Shown here piece by piece: positions 9,498-19,442 of a stretch of DNA of 64,000 nucleotides. This stretch comes from an uncultured bacterium. Its GTDB lineage: Bacteria; Cyanobacteriota; Vampirovibrionia; Gastranaerophilales; Gastranaerophilaceae. Under the pieces are notes generated by a model. The model made no database searches, was not told the DNA's origin, and saw only the letters and a program-made list of their open reading frames with translations. Location of the stretch: assembly GCA_949299935.1 (NCBI GenBank), contig CASGCE010000031.1:47643-111642 (forward strand). Reading direction: 5' to 3'. The stretch's first letter is position 1; each line of letters starts with the position of its first letter. The position numbers and the translations under genes were made by a program.

Positions 9498-10808
9498 ATG
9501 AAAAAAATTTCTATCATTTTATTAATTATTTTAATCTGTATGTTATGTTTTGTTATTCATAAAATAAACTTTATAAACCCAAATGACAGTTTGTCATCAA
9601 GTTTTATAAATAAGAAAAACCAAAAAGAAGTAACCTTTTGGACACTTCAGATGAATGATTTTTCAGATTATATTAACAAAGTTATAAATGAATTCGAAAC
9701 AGCAAACCCCGGCATAAAGATTAACTGGATAGATGTACCTTTTTCTGAAGGAGAAAAACGTACTCTGGCTTCAGTTTTAAGTGACAATCCACCTGATTTA
9801 ATCAATCTTAATCCTGATTTTTCAGCTTTACTTGCACAAAAAGATGCATTATACAAAATAGAAAAAATTTACACGGAACAATTCGTTCCGCAAATTATTG
9901 ACTATTTAAAATACAACGGAGAAATATACTCAATTCCATGGTATGCGACATCAGCAATAACCATATATAACAAGAATTTATTTACGAAAGCAAAAGTCAA
10001 CGTACCAAATACCTATGAACAAATGGGGCAGATTGCAGAACAAATCAAAAATAAAACAGGCGCATATATTTGGCTTCCAAATCTTTCAGAGAATGACACA
10101 ATGTTAAAAATTTTAAACAAATACGGAATAAACTCCGATTATAACATAAATTCACCAAAATCCGTTGAGGTTTTTGAGTTTTTTAAGAAATTATACACAA
10201 ACAATCTTATCCCAAAGGAATCAATAACCCAAACCCACAGAGAAGCTTTGGAAAAATACATGTCTGAAAATATAGCAATGTTCCAAGCAGGCGCAAATTT
10301 TCTCAATATGATTAAGGAAAATGCACCTATGACATACAAAAATACCGATGTGTCAAATCAAATGACTGCAGAAACCGGACAATATGATTTTTCTTTAATG
10401 AATTTGATAATACCTTTGAAAGCGAAACATAAGCAGGAAGCATTAGAATTCGCTTTATTTTTGACAAATACAGAAAACCAACTTGAGTTAGCAAAATTAA
10501 CAAATATTATTGCAGTAAACAAAAAAACCTTAAAAAATGATTTTTATACAAAATATGATGAAAATGATTTAATGGCAAAAGCACGTGCAATAAGTGCAGA
10601 ACAATTAACCGAAATTAAACCGGCAATAAAACCAGAAAAAAACCAAAAAGAAATAACCATACTGATAAATTCGGCAATACAAGAAGTTTTACTTAACAAA
10701 CAAGACACCCGATTAATCCTGGATAAATTATCCGAAAATTGGAGACTTCTCAGCAATAACAACAAAACCCGCCCAAAGGAGGCATCCCAAACATTACCGG
10801 TCCGCTAA
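9498..10808 (+). CDS. ABC transporter extracellular solute-binding protein (sugar-type)
   Basis: N-terminal hydrophobic signal/anchor. At 436 aa, its size and pattern (FWTLQMNDF..., IPWYATSAITIYNK) fit family 1 solute-binding proteins. No permease or ATPase gene is adjacent. Confidence 0.65.
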   Translation: MKKISIILLIILICMLCFVIHKINFINPNDSLSSSFINKKNQKEVTFWTLQMNDFSDYINKVINEFETANPGIKINWIDVPFSEGEKRTLASVLSDNPPDLINLNPDFSALLAQKDALYKIEKIYTEQFVPQIIDYLKYNGEIYSIPWYATSAITIYNKNLFTKAKVNVPNTYEQMGQIAEQIKNKTGAYIWLPNLSENDTMLKILNKYGINSDYNINSPKSVEVFEFFKKLYTNNLIPKESITQTHREALEKYMSENIAMFQAGANFLNMIKENAPMTYKNTDVSNQMTAETGQYDFSLMNLIIPLKAKHKQEALEFALFLTNTENQLELAKLTNIIAVNKKTLKNDFYTKYDENDLMAKARAISAEQLTEIKPAIKPEKNQKEITILINSAIQEVLLNKQDTRLILDKLSENWRLLSNNNKTRPKEASQTLPVR

Positions 10809-11193
10809 ACATTGCCTGTGAAGGCCAAGCTGAATAATACCCAAATGTACCAAATGCAGGAGCAGAGGGTACCATAAAAATTGACGTGGCAAAAGCCGTG
10901 CCAGGCAAACCAATAGCTGCAGCATAAGGATTACCTCCAGTAAACGTATTTATAACACTGTTCATTGTAGTTCCTAAATAGCTATGAGTAGTTTTGTCAA
11001 TAGCATTACCTAAAAGTGCATTACCAACACCCATAGTAGTACTGCCTAAACCGTATGCTACAGCTTGACCAACATTAGCACCGCTGTTTCGCGCACTAAA
11101 ATAATCAATTATGCCGTTTAAACCGGAAAGTCCTGCCTGAATACCGGTTACTGTATCAGTAAATCTCGGATTGTATCCGCATCCAAAATTCAT
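10750..11193 (-). CDS. Hypothetical Gly/Ala/Ser/Thr/Asn-rich, almost uncharged protein ending in CCYC
   Basis: 147-aa ORF with AGGT upstream of the ATG. The strongly skewed composition is sustained over the whole ORF, which argues for real coding. No family recognised. Its 3' end overlaps the convergent SBP gene by 59 nt. Confidence 0.5.
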   Translation of the reverse strand: MNFGCGYNPRFTDTVTGIQAGLSGLNGIIDYFSARNSGANVGQAVAYGLGSTTMGVGNALLGNAIDKTTHSYLGTTMNSVINTFTGGNPYAAAIGLPGTAFATSIFMVPSAPAFGTFGYYSAWPSQAMFSGPVMFGMPPLGGFCCYC

Positions 11194-11361
11194 TATTATA
11201 CCTCGTATTTATATATTCTATATATATAAACACATTTTAGCAGTGAATAATTGCCAAAATTATAAATCATGTTAAGCATTGTAACAATGTGTTTGTAAAA
11301 ACTAAAGTTTGAATCAAAAAATGCCGATTTAAAGGACATAAGGAAAAAAAGGGATAAACTG

Positions 11362-11865
11362 ATGAGTCTTAATGTTAATTACACTCAAAATTACAAAACC
11401 GGAATTGATACTTCTATATTGAAGGAAGTATCCGCTGAAATTCTGAAAAGAGCTCAAGAAAAAGCAATGAATGTTCAATCAAGTCATTCAAACAGTGTTT
11501 TTAGAGCAAAAGATTTAGGTTTAGACTTATATCAAGGGAAAGTAGATGCTCAAACAGCTTGCCAGATCGCGATGAATAATTCAGGAATCCAAATTCAGCT
11601 TAAACAAAATGTTTTAGACTCAATAAAATTTTTAAATACACAAGCTGCACAACAAATACAAAAAAATGTTGAGGGCAAGCTCGCATTTTCTGTATACGAA
11701 AGCACAGACATACAAAAAGCTGCAGAAACTCCAAAATTTAATTCAATCATAAGTTTTAGTACAGCAAAAGATAAAAATGGTTCAAATCCATTTTATCATG
11801 GTGAACTTTTGGCTGACGGACACAAAAAAGAAGAAAAACGTGAAGATATTAACATATTTGGTTAA
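11362..11865 (+). CDS. Hypothetical protein
   Basis: 167-aa ORF preceded by GGAAAAAAAGGGA. No family recognised. Confidence 0.45.
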   Translation: MSLNVNYTQNYKTGIDTSILKEVSAEILKRAQEKAMNVQSSHSNSVFRAKDLGLDLYQGKVDAQTACQIAMNNSGIQIQLKQNVLDSIKFLNTQAAQQIQKNVEGKLAFSVYESTDIQKAAETPKFNSIISFSTAKDKNGSNPFYHGELLADGHKKEEKREDINIFG

Positions 11866-12233
11866 TAAAAATCTTCATCCTCAGTGTTTTTGTCAGTGTC
11901 AATTTTTAAAGATTCCTCAATTTTTTTATTTTTATTATTTTTGGTATCCTCAACATTCTTCTTGAGGATAATCTTTTTTTTCTTTGAATTTATAACATCG
12001 GCAACATTCATCATAGCAAGAGAGTTAAGAGTGGCACGCAAAACAGCACTTTGATCCATATATTTGTTTTGTTCCTGCGCCTCATCATCTTCGCGTTTTT
12101 GCTGTGCAAAATACTCTCCCCCTTGTCCCATTTTATCATCCTGAGTTTTTGCAGCAGTACCGGATATGTCACCACTTTTAAAATTAAAAGCTCCGCCAAT
12201 TCCAAAAAATCCTGCAGATCTGTTATCGACCAT
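11862..12233 (-). CDS. Hypothetical protein (Gly-rich N-terminus, Lys/Glu/Asp-rich C-terminus)
   Basis: 123-aa ORF convergent with 11362-11865, overlapping it by 4 nt. No family recognised. Confidence 0.4.
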   Translation of the reverse strand: MVDNRSAGFFGIGGAFNFKSGDISGTAAKTQDDKMGQGGEYFAQQKREDDEAQEQNKYMDQSAVLRATLNSLAMMNVADVINSKKKKIILKKNVEDTKNNKNKKIEESLKIDTDKNTEDEDFY

Positions 12234-12409
12234 AAATTATACCCTTCGTGTTTATTAGATTATAACTAACCCGTTGTAATTTTAACTCCACTAAATAAAT
12301 TAATTTGCTACAATGTAAAAAAATATTTACATACCCCGATTATATCATTTTTGTTGAAAAAAACAATGTAATATGGTATTATAAAAGCATAAAGAGCAGA
12401 TGGATTTAT

Positions 12410-13081
12410 ATGAAAAAAATTAAAGCGTATACATTGTCAGAACTAATGATTGCCTTAACGGTATTGGGTGTATTATGCGCAATTGTACTTCCGGGCTTAA
12501 TAAATAATAACCCAAATCAGAATAAACTAATGATAAAAAAGGCATACAATGTATTTGTGGATATAACAAACGATTTAATAAATGATTCCGAAAATTATCC
12601 AGTAATATACGGTTTGTGTCCGGACACAAAAACGGATGGTTACATAGGGTTTGATTGTGCGGAAACAGATTCAAAATTCCCATATCTTTTCTTAACCAGA
12701 TTATCAACAAAAACGACACCACCGGAAAGTGAAGCATTGATGAAAACAAACGCAAGTTATTCTCGCACAGGTTTGGCTAACTGTAACGGGGTTGGGAATT
12801 CTTGTTACTTTATTACATCAGAAGACAAAATGAATTGGACATTTCAAAAATCTAAAATAACTAAAGGAAGCTATACAGAAAGTATTCTGATAGGAATAGA
12901 CGTAAATGGTGATAAAAAACCAAACTGTTATCAAGGCAGTACCTCAAATGATTGCAAAGATAGAGATGGTAATTATGATCAATTTAGAATGCAACTGTAT
13001 GCTGACGGAAAAATAAAAATAAAAGATGAGGACACCTGGGCAAGAGAAGCAGTTCATGCAAGCTCATCATTAAAAGAATAA
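12410..13081 (+). CDS. Prepilin-type N-terminal domain protein (type IV pilin/pseudopilin-like), paralogue 1
   Basis: Start moved to the ATG at 12410, giving MKKIKA|YTLSELMIALTVLGVLCAIVLP: a short basic leader, Glu at +5 and a hydrophobic helix. The C-terminal block IDVNGDKKPNC...DCK.R..N.DQF.M....DG.I......WARE...SSSL is shared with the next gene. Confidence 0.8.
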   Translation: MKKIKAYTLSELMIALTVLGVLCAIVLPGLINNNPNQNKLMIKKAYNVFVDITNDLINDSENYPVIYGLCPDTKTDGYIGFDCAETDSKFPYLFLTRLSTKTTPPESEALMKTNASYSRTGLANCNGVGNSCYFITSEDKMNWTFQKSKITKGSYTESILIGIDVNGDKKPNCYQGSTSNDCKDRDGNYDQFRMQLYADGKIKIKDEDTWAREAVHASSSLKE

Positions 13082-13095
13082 TAATACGGAGGAAT

Positions 13096-13800
13096 ATGAA
13101 AAAAACAGCTTTCACGTTATCAGAATTAATGATTGCATTAACGGTACTTGGAATATTGTGTGCGATTTTATTGCCGGCGATTATAAAAACAATGCCTAAT
13201 CAAAATAAAGTAATGATGAAAAGGGCATACTATACTACCTCAAACGTAGTAAGTGACATGATAAATGATCCGAGTTTGTACCCCATATTAAATAAGGCAG
13301 GCACCAGAACAGTAGGATTTGACAACACAGATCAGGTCACTTATGGTGGAAAAACTTACGGAAGTGACTCTACAACAGGTAGTGTTGAAGATAAATATAC
13401 AAAATTCATAGGCTTATTTGCTGCTCATTTAAACATTGACGGAGAAATTGAAGATAGTTGTACGAGTTCAAGTTCTATAAGTCCGCCATCAACAACAACT
13501 CCTGTAAGTTCCGGATATTGCAGAATATTCACAACACCAGACGGAATACTATGGAATCTTCAAACAAATTACACAGTTACATCATCTTCGGCTGAAACTA
13601 CAATTATAGTAGACGTAAATGGTGATAAGAAACCAAATTGTTTACAAGGTGATGCCGGTGCAGATACAGATTGTAAAGCAAGAACCAAAAACTTTGACAG
13701 GTTCACCATGAAAATAGAAGATGACGGAACGATTACTATACCCGCAGAACAAACATGGGCAAGAGAAACTATCCAAGTAAGTTCATCTTTGACAGATTAA
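13096..13800 (+). CDS. Prepilin-type N-terminal domain protein (type IV pilin/pseudopilin-like), paralogue 2
   Basis: MKKTA|FTLSELMIALTVLGILCAILLP, RBS GGAGG, and the same C-terminal VDVNGDKKPNC...WARE...SSSL block as paralogue 1. Confidence 0.85.
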   Translation: MKKTAFTLSELMIALTVLGILCAILLPAIIKTMPNQNKVMMKRAYYTTSNVVSDMINDPSLYPILNKAGTRTVGFDNTDQVTYGGKTYGSDSTTGSVEDKYTKFIGLFAAHLNIDGEIEDSCTSSSSISPPSTTTPVSSGYCRIFTTPDGILWNLQTNYTVTSSSAETTIIVDVNGDKKPNCLQGDAGADTDCKARTKNFDRFTMKIEDDGTITIPAEQTWARETIQVSSSLTD

Positions 13801-13821
13801 TTTTTGTATTATAATAAAGTT

Positions 13822-14278
13822 ATAAAGCAGCCGGATAATCGCGCAGAAATGTGAGGAAAGTCCGTGCATTCAAGGACAGACCGCCGGAGAAAGTCCGGAC
13901 GACGTGAGTCGGTGGAAAGTGCCACAGAAATGTCGAATTTTGGTCGAAATATCGTTTGAGTTTCAATAATCACAGATTCAATTCAAACGGTTTTCGGGGA
14001 TGTTACTTTCCCAAATGCCAATGATTCGTGGTGTTGAGTTAAACGCCAAGACTGCCGATGGATTTTATATCACAGGCGATGGTGCAACGGTGAGTTAAGA
14101 GCTTCACCAGTGATATCGAGAGATATCAGCTAGGTAAACCCCGGTCGAATGCAAGATTGAATCGAAGGTTATAAAGGCTGTCCGCCCACTTCGGAAAAAT
14201 CGCTAGAGTATGCGGGTAACCGCATTCCCAGACAGATGATTATCTAGAAACAGAACACGGCTTATGAACTGCTTTATG
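13822..14278 (+). ncRNA. rnpB: RNase P RNA, bacterial type A, with extra sequence
   Basis: GAGGAAAGTCCGTGC (P4 5' strand), GTGCCACAGAAA, GGTAAACCCC, TGCAAG and ACAGAACACGGCTTA (P4 3' strand). The terminal pairing ATAAAGCAG / CTGCTTTAT closes P1. Followed by a terminator. About 457 nt. Confidence 0.85.
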
Positions 14279-14280
14279 AT

Positions 14281-14308
14281 AAAAAACCCTTATATAAGGG
14301 TTTTTTAT
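14281..14308 (+). terminator. Rho-independent terminator after rnpB
   Basis: AAAAAACCCTTATATAAGGGTTTTTTAT: a GC-containing stem followed by a T run. Confidence 0.7.
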
Positions 14309-14518
14309 CGTTAATAAAATTTAAAAATTAATTTCTATATTGTATTAATTCGACAATAATTTTAACCATACGGTTAAAAATACCTTTAAAATTAATACAA
14401 CTTATAAAGTATAATGATGATAAAATCTCTGATTTGATATGTAAAGATTACTTTAAAATTAACACTTTACAATGTTTTTATGCTATAATTTAGTTATAGG
14501 GAGTTGGAGGAGAAAACT

Positions 14519-17074
14519 TTGAATCAGCAAAATATTTTTGATGATGGGAAAATAGTTCCCGTAAATATAAGAGAAGAAATGAAACGTTCATACATAGATT
14601 ATGCAATGAGCGTAATTGTGGGACGGGCGTTACCAGATGTAAGAGATGGTTTAAAACCTGTTCACAGGCGTATTTTATATGCTATGAACGAATTGGGCAT
14701 GACACCTGACAAACCGTTTAAAAAATGCGCACGTATAGTCGGTGAGGTTTTAGGTAAATATCACCCGCACGGAGATACCGCTGTATATGAAGCATTAGTT
14801 AGAATGGCACAGGATTTTTCAACAAGGTACTTAACAGTAGACGGCCATGGTAATTTTGGTTCCGTTGATGGTGACGGAGCTGCAGCAATGCGTTATACAG
14901 AAGCTCGAATGCACAAAATTACCCAATCAATGCTCGCTGATATTGATTGTGAAACTGTGGAATTTGAACCTAATTTTGATGGTTCTTTGCAGGAACCTTC
15001 CGTACTTCCGGTAAGACTGCCAATGCTTCTGCTAAATGGAGTATCCGGTATTGCAGTAGGTATGGCAACAAATGTACCACCTCACAACTTGTGCGAAATC
15101 GTAGACGGCACGGTTGCGTTAATTGATAATCCGGATATAACGGTTGACGGACTTATGGAATATATTAAAGGTCCTGATTTTCCGACAGCGGCGACAATTA
15201 TAGGATTGAATGATATCAAACAAGCCTATGAAACAGGCAGAGGATCCATTAAAATGTCTGCCGTCGCAAACTTTGAGGAAATATCCGGCGGCGGCGGAAG
15301 ACAAGCAAGAACTGCCATTGTAGTTACTGAAATTCCTTATCAGGTTAATAAATCAATACTTATTGAAAAAATAGCCGATCTTGTTAAAGAACAAAGAATT
15401 AATGGTATTTCTGATATTCGAGATGAGTCTGACCGTGAGGGTATGAGAATAGTCATTGAACTTAAACGTGATGCTAAGCCTGACGTAGTTAAAAATAATC
15501 TGTTCAAATATACTCAACTTGCAACTACTTTTGGTGTAAATATGCTTGCTCTATGCGGTAAACAACCAAGATTAATGAATTTGAAACAAGTTTTGGAGGA
15601 ATTTGTTGAGCATAGAGTCGAAATTGTTACAAGAAGAACAATTTTTTACCTCAAAAAAGCTAAAATCAGAGCTCATATCTTAGCAGGTTTAATTATTGCA
15701 TTGGGTTCAATTGACGAAGTTATTGAGATTATTAAAAAATCCAAGACTATTGATGATGCCAGAACGGCCTTAATGTCAAGATTTGGACTTGATGCAGATC
15801 AGTCAAATGCCATTTTGGAAATGCAATTAAGACGATTAACCGGTCTGGAACAAGATAAAGTTAAAGCAGAATACGACGAGCTTGTTAAAAAGATTGCTGA
15901 ATATGAAGACATCTTGGCCAGCCGTCAAAAAGTTTTGGACATAATTAAAACAGAACTTTTAGAAGATAAAGAAAAATACGGTGACGATAGAAAAACTCAA
16001 ATTCTGCCGGAACAGGGAGAAGTTACTATTGAAGACTTAACACCGAACACACCTATGGCAGTATTTATCACACATCAGGGTTATTTGAAACGTATTTCAC
16101 TTGATACGTTTGAACGTCAAAATCGTGCCACAAGAGGGAAATCCGGTATAAAAACAAAAGATGATGACGATATTCAGCACTTCTTCACGGCTATGATGCA
16201 TGATAAAGTGTTGTTCTTCTCATCAAAAGGAACTGTATACAGCTTGAATGTATACGACTTCCCGGAAGGCGGACGTCAATCTAAAGGTTTGCCGATTGTC
16301 AATGTTCTGCCTATTGAACAAGACGAAAATATCACCGCCGTCGTACCTGTAAGTAATTTTTCACACGATTTAAACTTAATTATGTTGACTAAAAAAGGCT
16401 ACATAAAACGTATTGAACTTGATAACTTTGCAAATATAAGAAGAAACGGTATAATAGCAATCGGACTTGAAGAAGGTGACAAACTTAACTGGGTAAAATT
16501 GGCAACCGCAAAAGATGAAATAATAATCGGAACCTCATGCGGTATGGCAATTAGATTTCCTATCCAAGATCTCAGACCACTCGGAAGAAGTGCCCGCGGA
16601 GTTACTTCAATGAAACTGCGTACAGGTGACGAAATAGTAGGCTGTGACATAGTTCCAAGCGATTATGATGCAGATCTTCTTGTGGTCACCTCCGATGGTT
16701 TTGGTAAACGTACAAAACTTTCGGAATTCAGAACCCAAAATAGAGGGGGCATCGGGCTTATTGCTACCAAGTTTAAGACAAGTACTTCAAGACTTGTCGC
16801 ATTAACAATAGTAAAAGATAGCGATGATATAATGCTTGTAACCGCAAATGGAATTGTAACAAGAATAAATGCAGGCTCAATTTCAAGGCAGGGACGTCCG
16901 GCAACCGGTGTTAGAGCACAAAACCTTGTTGATAATGATTCAGTAGTTTCCGTAAATAAAATTATTAACCCTGATGAGGATGATGTAATAATTAAATCGG
17001 AAACATCGGACCAAATTGAACAAGAAATTGAACAAGTTGAACAAACAAGTTTGTTGGGTGATACCCAAGAGTAA
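14519..17074 (+). CDS. gyrA: DNA gyrase subunit A
   Basis: [19 protein letters not shown], and the active-site region AAAMRYTE. C-terminal beta-pinwheel repeats and an acidic tail. I prefer the TTG at 14519 (GGAGG 8 nt upstream) over the ORF-track TTG at 14504. Confidence 0.97.
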   Translation: MNQQNIFDDGKIVPVNIREEMKRSYIDYAMSVIVGRALPDVRDGLKPVHRRILYAMNELGMTPDKPFKKCARIVGEVLGKYHPHGDTAVYEALVRMAQDFSTRYLTVDGHGNFGSVDGDGAAAMRYTEARMHKITQSMLADIDCETVEFEPNFDGSLQEPSVLPVRLPMLLLNGVSGIAVGMATNVPPHNLCEIVDGTVALIDNPDITVDGLMEYIKGPDFPTAATIIGLNDIKQAYETGRGSIKMSAVANFEEISGGGGRQARTAIVVTEIPYQVNKSILIEKIADLVKEQRINGISDIRDESDREGMRIVIELKRDAKPDVVKNNLFKYTQLATTFGVNMLALCGKQPRLMNLKQVLEEFVEHRVEIVTRRTIFYLKKAKIRAHILAGLIIALGSIDEVIEIIKKSKTIDDARTALMSRFGLDADQSNAILEMQLRRLTGLEQDKVKAEYDELVKKIAEYEDILASRQKVLDIIKTELLEDKEKYGDDRKTQILPEQGEVTIEDLTPNTPMAVFITHQGYLKRISLDTFERQNRATRGKSGIKTKDDDDIQHFFTAMMHDKVLFFSSKGTVYSLNVYDFPEGGRQSKGLPIVNVLPIEQDENITAVVPVSNFSHDLNLIMLTKKGYIKRIELDNFANIRRNGIIAIGLEEGDKLNWVKLATAKDEIIIGTSCGMAIRFPIQDLRPLGRSARGVTSMKLRTGDEIVGCDIVPSDYDADLLVVTSDGFGKRTKLSEFRTQNRGGIGLIATKFKTSTSRLVALTIVKDSDDIMLVTANGIVTRINAGSISRQGRPATGVRAQNLVDNDSVVSVNKIINPDEDDVIIKSETSDQIEQEIEQVEQTSLLGDTQE

Positions 17075-17089
17075 TTACAAAATTTTGGC

Positions 17090-17121
17090 AAAAAAATACC
17101 GGTCATATGACCGGTATTTTT
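17090..17121. terminator. Bidirectional terminator between convergent gyrA and rpsO
   Basis: Perfect 22-nt palindrome ATACCGGTCATATGACCGGTAT, flanked by an A run on one side and a T run on the other. Confidence 0.75.
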
Positions 17122-17126
17122 CTGAA

Positions 17127-17396
17127 TTAACCTCTGATTTTTAATTTTTTAATCAAATCTCTGTATTCATCAAGATTTTGACTTTTAACATAAGCAAGTA
17201 ATCTCTTTCTCTTACCGACCATCATCAAAAGACCCCTTTTTGTCGCAAAATCTTTTTGATTGGTTTTCAAATGTTCTGTAAGTTCAGCGATTTTTTTGCT
17301 CATCATCGCAATCTGTACGGCTGCAGAACCTGTATCTTTTTCATTCGCACCATATTTTTTGACGATTTCTTTTTTGTTTTTCAAGTTAATTGACAT
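17127..17396 (-). CDS. rpsO: 30S ribosomal protein S15
   Basis: 89 aa. DTGSAAVQIA...LTEHLKTNQKDFATKRGLLMMVGKRKRLLAY matches the S15 signature. Confidence 0.97.
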   Translation of the reverse strand: MSINLKNKKEIVKKYGANEKDTGSAAVQIAMMSKKIAELTEHLKTNQKDFATKRGLLMMVGKRKRLLAYVKSQNLDEYRDLIKKLKIRG

Positions 17397-17502
17397 ATTA
17401 TCTTTCCTTTATTGTTGAGTGACATATTGGCGTAAGCACTCTACAAAAGAAATTTTAATATATCAAAAAAAAATTGCAATAGTTAAATTTTGTAAAATAT
17501 AA

Positions 17503-17991
17503 TTAACTTAACACTCTGGACGTCAGATAAGCTTTAAATGCAGAATTATTCGCAAAATTAAATTGATCTCTGGCACAACTTAAATCCAGATCTGCATTAA
17601 ACAGCGATTTGGCTGTAAGATTATATTGTTTATATGCATCATTATAACGTGAAGAATTTTCACCATATACATTCGTAGCATATTTCAGATCCTTAATTGC
17701 AACATATTCAGCTTCCTTCATCGCATTATATTGTGCAAGGGCCGCATAATATTTTACCTCTGCCTCATCTTTTTTTGCTTCTTTTTCCAATGCCCAACCT
17801 TTAACCGAATCCTTTATTTCATTGGCATTATCTTCAGCTTTGGCTATGTTTAAAGCTCTTTGGAAAGTAAACGCTGAACCGAGTTTCAACGCTTTATCAA
17901 GATAATCAGTATATGACATAAAATTTTTGAATGGCGAATTTTTAAACTGTTGTTCGGTTAATATTTTGTTGGTATTATCTACTCTTTCCAT
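17503..17991 (-). CDS. Hypothetical helical protein
   Basis: 162-aa ORF, Ala/Lys/Glu/Asn-rich, with no signal peptide. No family recognised. Confidence 0.45.
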   Translation of the reverse strand: MERVDNTNKILTEQQFKNSPFKNFMSYTDYLDKALKLGSAFTFQRALNIAKAEDNANEIKDSVKGWALEKEAKKDEAEVKYYAALAQYNAMKEAEYVAIKDLKYATNVYGENSSRYNDAYKQYNLTAKSLFNADLDLSCARDQFNFANNSAFKAYLTSRVLS

Positions 17992-18100
17992 AAATATCCC
18001 TTCGATTATCCTCTTTTATATATAAAGTATATAAATCTTTAGAAATTGCCTTTTTTGTTAAGTTTTATGACATTATAAATATTTATGTTAAAATAAAGCT

Positions 18101-19390
18101 ATGATTGAAAGATATTCTCGTGAGGAAATGAAAAATATCTGGGATTTAGAGTCCAAATTCAACTACTATTTAAAAGTTGAAATAGCAGTTTGCGAAGCAT
18201 ACGCTGATCTTGGAGAAATCCCTAAAGAAGATGTTTTGATTATCAAACAACGTGCAAAATTTGATTTAAAAAGAATAGATGAAATAGAACACGAGGTCAG
18301 ACATGACGTAATTGCTTTTCTGACGAACGTCAATGAGAATTTAGGGGATTTAAGCAAATATATGCACGTGGGGCTTACAAGTTCTGACGTAATTGATACT
18401 GCTTTTGCGCTTCAAATCCAAGATAGTGGGAAAATTATTCTTGAAGACTTGAATAAAACAATAAGTTCACTTAAAAATTTGGCATCAAAACACAAAAATA
18501 CGATTTGTATAGGGCGTTCACACGGAATACACGCTGAAATAATGACATTTGGAGTAAAACTTTGCAGTTGGATTGACATTCTTGAACGTCAAAAAGATAA
18601 TTTTGAACACGCACTTGAACAAATTCGTGTAGGACAAATTTCGGGGCCTGTAGGCACATACAGCAATATTTCGCCTAAAGTTGAGGAAATTACTTGTAAG
18701 AAACTTAAACTGAAGCCTGCAAGAATCTCAACACAAATAATTGCAAGAGATTATCACGCATACTTTATGCAATCTTTAGCTTTAATTGCAAGTGTAATCG
18801 AGCAATTTGCAACGGAAATCAGACACCTTCAAAGAACAGAAGTTTTGGAAGTAGAAGAAGGCTTTGGAGCAACGCAAAAGGGGTCATCTGCGATGCCTCA
18901 CAAGAAAAACCCTGTATTATCCGAGAATTTATGCGGTTTAGCAAGGGTAGTAAGAGCAAATTCCATTGTAGCTTTGGAAAATATTCCGTTATGGCATGAA
19001 AGAGATATTTCACACAGCTCCACAGAACGGATAATATTTCCTGACAGCTTAACTCTTATAGATTTCATGCTGAACAGGTTCAACGAAATCATCAATAACC
19101 TTGTTGTCCACAAGGATAACATGCTTGAAAATACCGATAAATTTGGCGGAATAGTATTCTCGCAAAAAGTACTTTTATCTTTAGTAGCAAAAGGCTTAAA
19201 ACGTGAAGATGCATATATAATAGTTCAAAGAAATGCCCTAAAAGCCTTTAATGAGCGCGGCAACTTCAAGGAAAATCTTTTGAATGATAAGGATGTAACA
19301 AACTTAATATCACCGAGCGAAATTGAGCTTATTTTTGATAAGAAAAAATTTCTGCAAAATACAGACAAAATCTATGCAAGGATTTTATAA
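18101..19390 (+). CDS. purB: Adenylosuccinate lyase
   Basis: MIERYSREEM N-terminus, the fumarate-lyase signature GSSAMPHKKNP, and 429 aa. Confidence 0.95.
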   Translation: MIERYSREEMKNIWDLESKFNYYLKVEIAVCEAYADLGEIPKEDVLIIKQRAKFDLKRIDEIEHEVRHDVIAFLTNVNENLGDLSKYMHVGLTSSDVIDTAFALQIQDSGKIILEDLNKTISSLKNLASKHKNTICIGRSHGIHAEIMTFGVKLCSWIDILERQKDNFEHALEQIRVGQISGPVGTYSNISPKVEEITCKKLKLKPARISTQIIARDYHAYFMQSLALIASVIEQFATEIRHLQRTEVLEVEEGFGATQKGSSAMPHKKNPVLSENLCGLARVVRANSIVALENIPLWHERDISHSSTERIIFPDSLTLIDFMLNRFNEIINNLVVHKDNMLENTDKFGGIVFSQKVLLSLVAKGLKREDAYIIVQRNALKAFNERGNFKENLLNDKDVTNLISPSEIELIFDKKKFLQNTDKIYARIL

Positions 19391-19442
19391 AAAAGTTGCC
19401 TAATTAAAAGTTATAAATTAAAATATACAGTGAGAGGACAGT

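Noticed and set aside
12305-12409. 35-codon N-terminal extension of the first pilin-like ORF.
   Set aside because: It would bury the class III signal peptide. The ATG at 12410 gives the canonical short basic leader.
16663-17106. 147-aa minus-strand ORF overlapping the gyrA 3' end.
   Set aside because: It is antisense to the well-supported gyrA C-terminal domain. Its start lies inside the bidirectional terminator palindrome.
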